A DNA stretch of 64,000 bases from Giardia intestinalis (Eukaryota). The stretch is from the NCBI GenBank assembly GCA_000002435.2, contig CM018793.1; one strand, 5' to 3'. This document shows positions 29,533-38,221 of this stretch, piece after piece. The position numbers and the translations under genes are program-made. Under the pieces are notes generated by a model. That model did not search any database and was not told the DNA's origin. It saw nothing but the letters and a program-made list of their open reading frames with translations. The stretch's first letter is position 1. Each line of letters opens with the position of its first letter.

Positions 29533-30084
29533 TTATTCTGTCTTGCTCGTTAACATATCCTGGACCACTTGGCACAGCGGCTCAAAATCGCGCTCGACGT
29601 TTTCTCCAACAAGATCTCCGTCCACATTATAATACTCGCCTATACTCTTCTCTAGGAGTAAATTCTCCTTGTGCTTGACCGTATACAGTCCTGTCCGGGG
29701 GCAGAGGCGTCCGGAAATTCGCACCGTCCGACCCTTCGCATCAGTGAGTACGAAGATGGTGCTGTCCTTAGCCTCCAGAACCTTGTGGATTAGATAGAGA
29801 GACCAAAACAGAAGTAGACCAACGACAATCGATATGCGGCGAGTCTCTAATGGCACTTTCAAGACCGTCGGAATTCCAATAAATACGCCGGCTGCCAGGA
29901 CCGAAGACCAGCCAAAGGCCAGGGCTGGAACTCTAGGATCGTACTTGGAACGAATATTATGGCGTGCAAAGAGCTCCACAATTGCAGAAGTTAAAACACG
30001 GACAACTTCAAGATTGTTATCGAGGTTGACGTGTGTCCGGTCGACGCTCAATGTGGACTTGCAGAACGAGGGCTTGGGCGGCAT
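29533..30084 (-). CDS. two-TM membrane protein resembling signal peptidase complex subunit 2 (SPCS2/Spc25)
   Basis: Cytosolic N-terminus, two adjacent TM helices, then KDSTIFVLTDAKG...YTVK...IGEYYNVDGDLV matching the SPCS2 C-terminal pattern KSIFLV..KD..YTLK..FFD..G.LV; real ATG 30082-30084 behind GAAACTGAAAATG (ORF-track start is TTG). Confidence 0.45.
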   Translation of the reverse strand: MPPKPSFCKSTLSVDRTHVNLDNNLEVVRVLTSAIVELFARHNIRSKYDPRVPALAFGWSSVLAAGVFIGIPTVLKVPLETRRISIVVGLLLFWSLYLIHKVLEAKDSTIFVLTDAKGRTVRISGRLCPRTGLYTVKHKENLLLEKSIGEYYNVDGDLVGENVERDFEPLCQVVQDMLTSKTE

Positions 30085-30170
30085 TTTCAGTTTCAAAACA
30101 ATTTATCCTTTAGTACAGCCATTTTCATCTGTAATTTCTAATGATTTATTTTTTGAAGTGCAATTTATTG

Positions 30171-30896
30171 ATGCCCCGCTCGAAGAGGTCTAAGACAGTG
30201 GTCCTTGCAAAAGTGGAGAAGAAAACACGAGAGGCCAAGCAGGAGATTATCAAGCAGATTAGGGAGGCATTCGACACATACGACACCGTCTATGTGATTG
30301 ACTCTCATAACATGACTAGCTCGTCATGGCAGCAGCTTCGCACGAGCATGAAGGGGTATGCGCGTATTTTTATGGGTAAGAATCAGCTTATGCGATATGC
30401 CCTCGGTAAAACTGAGGAGGAGAGCTATCGGACTAAGACGTGGCAGCTGGGACGCCTCCTCAAAGGCATGACCGGCCTTCTCTTCACTAGCGCGCCGGAG
30501 GAGAAGGTGCGGTCAGCCCTTGCGTCTGTTGCGCGGCCTTGTTTGGCCAGGGGCGGGGACGTTGCCACCAAAACGATCGTAATCCCACAGGGCCCTCTGG
30601 ATAGAGACAAGTATTCATTTGCGTTAGAGCCAGAACTGCGTAAGCTTGGACTACCAACGAGTCTGCAGAACACAGTCATCCATGTCCTCTGCGACCATGT
30701 GCTGTGCAAGGAGGGCGATGTTTTGACATCTGCTCAGGCAAGACTTCTGAAGCATTTCGATCATGTGTTGTCAGAGTCTAGTGTCACGCTCCGGGGCGTC
30801 TGGCACAAGGAAACAGAGGATCTTGACGTCCTAGACCCCAACTGTCTCTACCTTCTGGACACGGCTCCTGCAGAAGAGGATGAGCAGAGCGATTGA
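30171..30896 (+). CDS. MRT4: mRNA turnover protein 4 / ribosome assembly factor Mrt4 (P0/uL10-like)
   Basis: MPRSKRSKTVVLAKVEKKTRE...DTVYVIDSHNM...GKNQLM..ALG...PELRKLGLPT...CKEGDVLTSAQARLLKHF aligns along the whole length with the Mrt4 family (MPKSKRDK...); upstream in-frame ATG at 30141 possible. Confidence 0.85.
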   Translation: MPRSKRSKTVVLAKVEKKTREAKQEIIKQIREAFDTYDTVYVIDSHNMTSSSWQQLRTSMKGYARIFMGKNQLMRYALGKTEEESYRTKTWQLGRLLKGMTGLLFTSAPEEKVRSALASVARPCLARGGDVATKTIVIPQGPLDRDKYSFALEPELRKLGLPTSLQNTVIHVLCDHVLCKEGDVLTSAQARLLKHFDHVLSESSVTLRGVWHKETEDLDVLDPNCLYLLDTAPAEEDEQSD

Positions 30897-31047
30897 TCTG
30901 CGCTCCCCTCTCTGGGGCATCTTGCCAGACCACAGAAACCACATAAAGAGTAAATGCTGTGACCCTTTTGGAACCTTTCGTCTGCGCATGGCTTACTGAA
31001 GAAGCGGCAGACTGCAACCGGATGAAAAAATAGTTTTCTGCGCGGGA

Positions 31048-34000
31048 ATGTCCGGCTCAGATAACAGGAGGCTACAGAGCGAGGTGACTAAACTGGTGCG
31101 GATTCTTCAGGAGCTTGGTTATCCAGCAAGATCCCTGGGCCCCCTTCAAGACAATCTTTTGCCCCCGAACAGGTTCGAATTCACCTCACTTGCCTTGTTG
31201 ACCCTAATCCGATGGCTAGAAACAGATTCCCTTCCAATCTACACTTCGTTTCTTTGCGAGTATGTCGTAGACCCGAGAACGATTCCGGATCAGACGGTTA
31301 TTTACTTAATGTACAACGCTCTCATCGATATCCTTCACTATGAGCCGAAGCTGTCTGCAGAGGCCTTTCTAGATAAGATAGGCGGTACCATAACTGGTGA
31401 GCTGCGAGATCTCCATTACTATCGCGTACGAACGGTGAGAATCTTTGCTAAACTCTTACATGATCTTCAGCTAAGATGGATTAGGCACTCCTCAGAACGT
31501 ATGCGCGGAACAGACGGTTTTATCGTTTTGCTCCCTCCGTCCTTGAAGCCGCAAATGCCTTATGTAGCTCAACGCTGGACCTCTCACCCGGCGGTCATCA
31601 TGCATCAGCCAGAGAATGCAGCATATCGAGGCATTGTTTCGGAGACTCCGGCAGATATGCCTAGAATTCATCGCGCCCCATCTTTTCCTGGCCTACAACC
31701 TCACTATTATCCTGATCCAGCACATAATGCATCACATCAAATTAACCATCTCGTTGATATTACTCGCAATGCCGTAGCTGCTCACTCCCATCCCTCGTCT
31801 TTTGACGTGGCTGTTGGCATGGACAAGCTCCCCGGTGACATTCAAAGACGCCTCCACAGTCAGTTTTCTAGTCAGTCAAGGAAGCATAAGAGACACCATT
31901 CAAGCAGATCTTCATCACGGAAGAACGAGTTGGCTAGGAGAGAAGCCAGAACTCGCTCTAGCCAGGCAGGCCGTCATCGTAGACGTGCATCGTCAACCTC
32001 TTCTACCTCGGTCTATTCGTACAGCAGTAGCTATTCCTCAACCAAATACTACGATGATTCAGACGCATATTCTACCTACTCTGATTCAGTAGTGGAAGAA
32101 GCAGATGAAGAAAGGCGCACAACATCAAGAAAGAGATCTCACTCACAGGGGAGGATGTCAACAAGGACGAACCATAAAGTTAGCAGCTCACAACGAAGGT
32201 CAAAGAGGGAGTCTACCAGTCACTCAAAAAGGTCTCGTGGCCAATCTGCCCGACACCGACGCAGGCCTTCCTCCGCCACAAGATCTAGGTCAGCAAAGTC
32301 AAAACCTGCAGACAAGGTGCACAGTGATTCCTTTATTGCAAAGGACGCGCACCAAAGAAGCATTTATGAGCCCAAAGAAAAGCCTCTTTCTCCCAGAAAT
32401 CTTAATGCATCGAATCAAGCTTCAGTCAATGTTCCGTCTGGACACCAAACCCTTAATACTGGCATGGATTCAAAAAGTCAAGAGGAATATATGTCAGATC
32501 GTGAGCTACTTCTTCAATTGGGCAGAGCCACAGCCAAAAAGTATGTGACTTCCGGCGGAGAATTCTACGACACGACTAGGCAAACACCCACTTCCTTGCA
32601 GCAAATGTCTGAGTTTCCTGCCTCAAACTCTGACCCTACTCAGTTGCATGTAGATCTATCGCGTTACTCTGTTAAAGACAAGAGTATTCTTGCAAACACA
32701 GCAATTGATAATGCAGATCTTCAGATCAATCATCTCAATGCCGTTCCGCTGCCACCGCGCGCTGGGCCCTTCTCTGCCGGTCCGCCAACTCTTCCTGCAG
32801 TCCCGGTAACCAGCTCCTATCCACCGAGCTGCCATCCGTCCATTAATCCGGTATATAATGAACCTTCCTATAACATACAAGCAGCGTGTCCTGCCACACC
32901 TCTTTACATTAATCCTCAAAGAGAAACTGGAGCAGAATCTGTTGGAACGAGCGCTGCTAATATGCCCACGTATAATTTCCCGAAGGATGGAGTATACGTC
33001 CCTGGATATCCTTATATTGTTCCGACTGAATTTGGTGATGCGCCCTCAAGAGAGCCCTACAGTGATGCAGAAGCTTCTGCTCTGCCAGCGTCGTTTGTTA
33101 TGGCACAGAGACATGTCGAAAGCACCCCAATCATGAGTAACGGACAAGACCTGAGGCCACTCCTAGATAAGCACCCAGACCCTATGATGGAGTACATGAT
33201 AGAAGCAGAGATCAGACGTGCAGAATCAGACCCGCGGCAATTAGAGGAAATAAACAATCTAGCACAAGAAGACAATTATCGGAAGAGCGTTACATCAAGA
33301 ACAACCACTCTTCCATTGCCCTCCACGTCGACATCAGTAGCTCTGAACAGCGACCATCCCACCTCAGTTCCTGCTACTTCTCTGCCAACACCATCCTATT
33401 CTGGCTCTGCGCACATGGGAAGGATAGATTCTCGCACCAATGAGCTTCTGCCAGCCCCATCAGTAACCAACAGCAACACTGTCGTTAGCGCTCGTGACGG
33501 AGCGTCCAGCCTGCCTCCGCCAACGACCACAAACTCAGGTATCTCCACAGCTCCCCTGAGATATCCTACGAGTACTACTGTTGAGACGCTCGATGATTAC
33601 ACTGGGCTCGTGAAGCATGCCCTCCAGAACACCCCATCCACTGCACCGTCACATCCAACCACCTCTGGATCCCACACTTCTCAGAGTTTTTATGACAACT
33701 TGACTAGCTATTCTGGGAAAGAGCTATCTAGTAGCTTTAGGGAGCGTATAAACAAACTAACCAGGGAATCCAGTTCAACGCCAGAGACGGCGTCCGTTTC
33801 AGCTAGAGAAGCGATTCCAACAAGAACAGTGGCCTCTTTGAATAACAGAATACTGGTAACCAATGGCCTCCCTGGAGTATCCTCCACTCCCACAGCGACA
33901 GCAGCAGTTCCATTAATGGTCAACAAATATGGACAGGTCCAGGTCAATCCAGATATAGTCTTTCCGGAGATACCGGCTTCAGAGCGCCACAAACCAGAGT

Positions 34001-35931
34001 ACAGAGCAGCTATTGAAGCAGAGGCCCTGCGACAAACACATGCTATCGTCCCAGATACAGCCAAGTATCACTCGGTAGGCGATCTTACTGAAGACGATCT
34101 TAAAAAGAGTGGCATTGCGTACATCAGGGAGTCGTCTACCACTTCTGGCTCTTCCAGTATCCCAGAGTGTGTGATTGGACACTTGGTAGGAGGAGGAAGT
34201 CGCTCTACCCTGTCGATGACCAAACCCACAGTTAACATAGAAGCTCCAGAGGTGGCTCTACAAGAGACGTTGACTGCTGGCGACAAATCATTCCACAAGA
34301 CCAGTAGACAAGATTATCCAGATCCTTACTCTGTGCCAAAACCGTTCAATAATCTACCCACTGCTAATGTCTCTGCTGTGCCGTCCACATCTCGCTCGTT
34401 GTACACACATAGTGTCAGCATTCCAGAGTCCATCCCGTTAGGTGGAAATATTAAGACTGCCATCGAAGCGATAACTGATCGAGTTGAACACGTACAGTCA
34501 GAGCTTACAGCGGCAACGGCGGCAACTGCAGCAATAATTGGATCACACAATGGTGTTGGTGGTAGCAGTAGTAGTAGTGCAAGCGTTGCCTCAATCCGAC
34601 AGCCTTATGACTTGTCCAAGACTAGCACTGGTGCACGGGGATCCAGACGTGATGATACACCAGTGACGAGTGGTCCGAGGGGAGATAGCGTGCTGAGTAG
34701 TATGAACACAATGTCCACAAAAAGCGTTCGCTTTGCTGGCCAGGACACAACGGACTCCCACGATTTATCAGAGCACTTGTCATCTGTCCGTGACGACTTT
34801 TTAAATTTAGAGCAGGTATCTAAGTCGCCATCTGACAGGGTATCTACATCTATGCACCAAATGACGAAAGAATCTAGTTCAACTACCCTGCCACTGCCCT
34901 CCACAAATACGACAAATCCAGAGAAGACACTAACATCCAACCTGCCTGTGGCGTCAAGCACTTCCCAAAACCACAGCTATGACATAGATAGTAAGCAGGC
35001 CCTCATAGAATCTGCTCAATCTCTTGGCAGAACAGCCAGTGCTCTGCAGAGACTCCAGGCCAGTGGGGTCTCCCACTCCACGCCAGCAACCTCATCTCCA
35101 AAGGAGTATATTGGACGCCGGTTCGACTCTACGCCCGAGACTACTGGTGGCTCTCTTCCTCCTCCCGAAAGCGCGTCATCAGTGTCCAACCCTATTGGTA
35201 CTGTGATGTCTGGAACCGGAAGCGTATTGATTCCCCCGTCTAGCACAACTAACACGGGTGCGACAGGATCAAGTGCTCGTCCAAATCTGTATCTTCCTAG
35301 CCTTGGTCAGTCTACTGAGATGATTTCCTCTGTGGAAAATCCCAATCTTGTACTGAATAATAGTACACTAGTTCTATCCGATGGCATAGCAAATTCCCTA
35401 GGACGACGACTTAATGCCGAGATGCACACAGAACCGAAGCATCATATTCCCCAGTATCCTCCTATGGGCCCTCCAGCCTCCAATGTTCCTCCAGCCATTG
35501 ATAAAGCAGCAGATGAACTAGGTGCCAAGCCAGGAGCCACGTCACAAACTAGTATCATATCCGGGTCTGCTGGGGGCTCCGGAACATCTAAGAGCTCTGG
35601 TGGATCAGGTAGCTCAACAAACACTATAAAACACTTATCTCACGGATTAAGCGATGATGCAAATGGCTTGGGAACCCTATCAGTTAATGCGCATCGAACA
35701 AGTACAGAAAGCCCCCCTAGTAATGGATTAGAAGCCAGTAGGATACCTTTGAGCGGAAGCCGCCTCCGAGAGCTTAAGGCGCAGGGAGAAAAGCTTATCA
35801 GGGCTGCAAATGAAATCGAGACAGCGTTTGTTCCTCCCTATCTTAATCAGGGGTCGTCTACAGGAACCACAGTGATTGGGCCAAGCAGCCTTGGAAGCAC
35901 GAGTGCAAATAATACGACATACTCCAGTTAG
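31048..35931 (+). CDS. very large S/T/P-rich protein (1627 aa) with ordered N-terminal domain and an RS/basic dipeptide-rich segment
   Basis: About 200 aa non-repetitive N-terminus, then RKHKRHHSSRSSSRK...RHRRRASSTSS...SKRSRGQSARHRRRPSSATRSRS, then about 1200 aa Ser/Thr/Pro low complexity. Confidence 0.65.
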   Translation: MSGSDNRRLQSEVTKLVRILQELGYPARSLGPLQDNLLPPNRFEFTSLALLTLIRWLETDSLPIYTSFLCEYVVDPRTIPDQTVIYLMYNALIDILHYEPKLSAEAFLDKIGGTITGELRDLHYYRVRTVRIFAKLLHDLQLRWIRHSSERMRGTDGFIVLLPPSLKPQMPYVAQRWTSHPAVIMHQPENAAYRGIVSETPADMPRIHRAPSFPGLQPHYYPDPAHNASHQINHLVDITRNAVAAHSHPSSFDVAVGMDKLPGDIQRRLHSQFSSQSRKHKRHHSSRSSSRKNELARREARTRSSQAGRHRRRASSTSSTSVYSYSSSYSSTKYYDDSDAYSTYSDSVVEEADEERRTTSRKRSHSQGRMSTRTNHKVSSSQRRSKRESTSHSKRSRGQSARHRRRPSSATRSRSAKSKPADKVHSDSFIAKDAHQRSIYEPKEKPLSPRNLNASNQASVNVPSGHQTLNTGMDSKSQEEYMSDRELLLQLGRATAKKYVTSGGEFYDTTRQTPTSLQQMSEFPASNSDPTQLHVDLSRYSVKDKSILANTAIDNADLQINHLNAVPLPPRAGPFSAGPPTLPAVPVTSSYPPSCHPSINPVYNEPSYNIQAACPATPLYINPQRETGAESVGTSAANMPTYNFPKDGVYVPGYPYIVPTEFGDAPSREPYSDAEASALPASFVMAQRHVESTPIMSNGQDLRPLLDKHPDPMMEYMIEAEIRRAESDPRQLEEINNLAQEDNYRKSVTSRTTTLPLPSTSTSVALNSDHPTSVPATSLPTPSYSGSAHMGRIDSRTNELLPAPSVTNSNTVVSARDGASSLPPPTTTNSGISTAPLRYPTSTTVETLDDYTGLVKHALQNTPSTAPSHPTTSGSHTSQSFYDNLTSYSGKELSSSFRERINKLTRESSSTPETASVSAREAIPTRTVASLNNRILVTNGLPGVSSTPTATAAVPLMVNKYGQVQVNPDIVFPEIPASERHKPEYRAAIEAEALRQTHAIVPDTAKYHSVGDLTEDDLKKSGIAYIRESSTTSGSSSIPECVIGHLVGGGSRSTLSMTKPTVNIEAPEVALQETLTAGDKSFHKTSRQDYPDPYSVPKPFNNLPTANVSAVPSTSRSLYTHSVSIPESIPLGGNIKTAIEAITDRVEHVQSELTAATAATAAIIGSHNGVGGSSSSSASVASIRQPYDLSKTSTGARGSRRDDTPVTSGPRGDSVLSSMNTMSTKSVRFAGQDTTDSHDLSEHLSSVRDDFLNLEQVSKSPSDRVSTSMHQMTKESSSTTLPLPSTNTTNPEKTLTSNLPVASSTSQNHSYDIDSKQALIESAQSLGRTASALQRLQASGVSHSTPATSSPKEYIGRRFDSTPETTGGSLPPPESASSVSNPIGTVMSGTGSVLIPPSSTTNTGATGSSARPNLYLPSLGQSTEMISSVENPNLVLNNSTLVLSDGIANSLGRRLNAEMHTEPKHHIPQYPPMGPPASNVPPAIDKAADELGAKPGATSQTSIISGSAGGSGTSKSSGGSGSSTNTIKHLSHGLSDDANGLGTLSVNAHRTSTESPPSNGLEASRIPLSGSRLRELKAQGEKLIRAANEIETAFVPPYLNQGSSTGTTVIGPSSLGSTSANNTTYSS

Positions 35932-35956
35932 ATGCGCGACTTGTAAACTTAGAAAG

Positions 35957-37939
35957 CTACCATGTTTGTATCCTTCGCTCGTAAGAGCTACGTCGATCTG
36001 CTTCTTTAAGCCTCAGCCTATCTTGATAACAATCTATCCAACAACAAAAGGCGAGGTGTTGAATAAATTGATTGAGGCGAAGATCAAGCAGATTCTTATG
36101 TCTAGTCCACTTGTCCGTATAAAATTGTCCCGTCTCAAAGATTTCCTGCGCAAATTTTGCAACTAATCTGTTGCAGTCTCTAGCAGCCAGCGCCTCAGAC
36201 CATGCCCTGAATGCTCGCCGTTGAAGAAGATGGTTAACTAGCAAAAAGCCCGCATCATAGTAGGCATGTGCATACCGTGAAATAATATGCTGATTAGCTG
36301 CGCACGCAATAAGAGACTGCCGCTTGTAAATCCGCTGACCCTTGAACTTAAAATGAGGAGCTGTTGTGTCCTTGATTGTGTACCGAGACCAATCTATGTC
36401 CGACTGAGAGTCTGTATCGCCAAGTAGATTCAGGGATGTCTGTTCATAGTCTAAGTCCGATGTGGTAGGACTCGAAGGCGCCGAAGGCGGTGATGAGGGC
36501 CCTTCTTGTGAAGCAGGCATAAGCTGAGTGACAGTCTTTGGGGTCTTGAAGGCAGTAGGAGATGCTTTGGGTGGCTGAGAACCAGCCTGAGCAAGAGGTG
36601 AGAGAGGTAGTGTATTCGGTTTAGTTGAATCTGTGAGAATCGCAGACTGCACATTGGTATTTTGAGATGGGTTTGATGGTCCAGTAAGACTCACTTCCTG
36701 GGGTAAGACCGGCTTCCATGACACGTTTCGAGGTAGTTGACAAGATGCATAAGGGTACAAAATCTGCCAGGGAGAGCTCCTTTGAAAGAGGACCTCAATA
36801 CATGTGGTAATTAATTCCCGCTCTGCACCATTTGCGCCCCAGTCAGCCCCAGGAAGGACGGAGGCATAGTTGTCACACAAATCTACTGCTATAAGGAGAA
36901 ATGACAACTTCTTCTTTGCATTTTCATCCTTCGAACACCTTTCAACAATTGCCTTGTGCACGTGCCACGTTTCATTAAACTTTGAGATGAACTTCACGGA
37001 CTTCTTATGTGTCTCTAAAATTTCCTCCATGGACCTCAGCAGGTATACAAGTCTAGCGTGGTATCTGCTTTTGATAAAAAGGGCGTCAGCCAGATCAGTC
37101 AAGGGTACAGATCCATTGTCTTTTGGGACCTGAAATACTTTTTCTAGAATTCTATACCGGAGTAGCCCTAAGATTAGGCACGCGGAAGAAGCAAATAAAT
37201 GCCGTACATAGTCATTCCATGTCAGCGTTTGCTGCACCTCTGGAAAGTTATTGGACGTAAGCAAATTGTCCTGGATGAAGGACAGGCATTGCTCTAAATT
37301 GTTATCTTTGATCATCTGCTCTACTGCAGTATACATCTGCTGAATTTCTGCCCCTACAAGAGTCCTTCTTTTGCACTTTTTAGAAGGCACAACAGCATTT
37401 GTGAAGTAGCAGAGCAGATGAAATTCCCAGCCAAAGCTGCTTGCCTCACCTGATGCGTGTTTTAGAAGTTCAATGAAAAGCTTATCGTAGAAAGGAAACT
37501 CGATGGCTAGCGCGTTGCCTTTGGCTGCCTGAGATAGCAGATGCTTCGTATAGGCATAGATGGAGAAGGGCATCATGAGACAGTAAAACGAAAACAGCGC
37601 CATCGTGTGAGCAGAAATGATGGAAGCGTCTTCCTCCATGGAGCTTTGACGAAGCGTAGCGCATAGCTTCCGCGCACTGATGGGGATCACTTGTAGCCGT
37701 GGAACAAGATACTTAAGAATCTCCTCTATTCCATACGGCGCATATCTAAATAAATCAAGAATCAGATAGAAGTATGTGTGACAGATTTGGCTCTTGTTCT
37801 GTTCTGGAAGAGTAGTCGAGCTGTTAGCCCGTTGATAGGCAATTATTAGCCTCCAGTCGTTTGGCTTACCATTGAGCTGTTCGAATTTAGTGTCATAGTT
37901 GCGGTTAGGGTCGGGAGCTATTGAAAAGAAGATGTTCAT
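35957..37939 (-). CDS. hypothetical protein (about 660 aa)
   Basis: ORF-track start 37990 is TTG; first ATG 37937-37939 behind TTTAAAAATG; helical N-terminal two thirds, P/S-rich C-terminus. Confidence 0.6.
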   Translation of the reverse strand: MNIFFSIAPDPNRNYDTKFEQLNGKPNDWRLIIAYQRANSSTTLPEQNKSQICHTYFYLILDLFRYAPYGIEEILKYLVPRLQVIPISARKLCATLRQSSMEEDASIISAHTMALFSFYCLMMPFSIYAYTKHLLSQAAKGNALAIEFPFYDKLFIELLKHASGEASSFGWEFHLLCYFTNAVVPSKKCKRRTLVGAEIQQMYTAVEQMIKDNNLEQCLSFIQDNLLTSNNFPEVQQTLTWNDYVRHLFASSACLILGLLRYRILEKVFQVPKDNGSVPLTDLADALFIKSRYHARLVYLLRSMEEILETHKKSVKFISKFNETWHVHKAIVERCSKDENAKKKLSFLLIAVDLCDNYASVLPGADWGANGAERELITTCIEVLFQRSSPWQILYPYASCQLPRNVSWKPVLPQEVSLTGPSNPSQNTNVQSAILTDSTKPNTLPLSPLAQAGSQPPKASPTAFKTPKTVTQLMPASQEGPSSPPSAPSSPTTSDLDYEQTSLNLLGDTDSQSDIDWSRYTIKDTTAPHFKFKGQRIYKRQSLIACAANQHIISRYAHAYYDAGFLLVNHLLQRRAFRAWSEALAARDCNRLVAKFAQEIFETGQFYTDKWTRHKNLLDLRLNQFIQHLAFCCWIDCYQDRLRLKEADRRSSYERRIQTW

Positions 37940-38221
37940 TTTTAAAACAGTTTGGTCAGTTTTTAGCAAGGCACGGAATTGCAAGGCCAATATCTCAAGT
38001 TAATAGGAGTGCAACTTTCTAATACTGTAAGCTCCATTTAACTTTTTGAGCATGGATTCCCGGCTCAGGGAACTTTGCCGCCATAGAGATTTAATAATAA
38101 ATAACTGGGATTATAGAGGCATGCGCGGATTGCTAAACGTTATGTTGGTGAACGCCCTCGGTACCATGAGAGCCGAAACAGCAAGGATTTCAAAATTTGT
38201 TTACCTCACAACCGATAGCGA

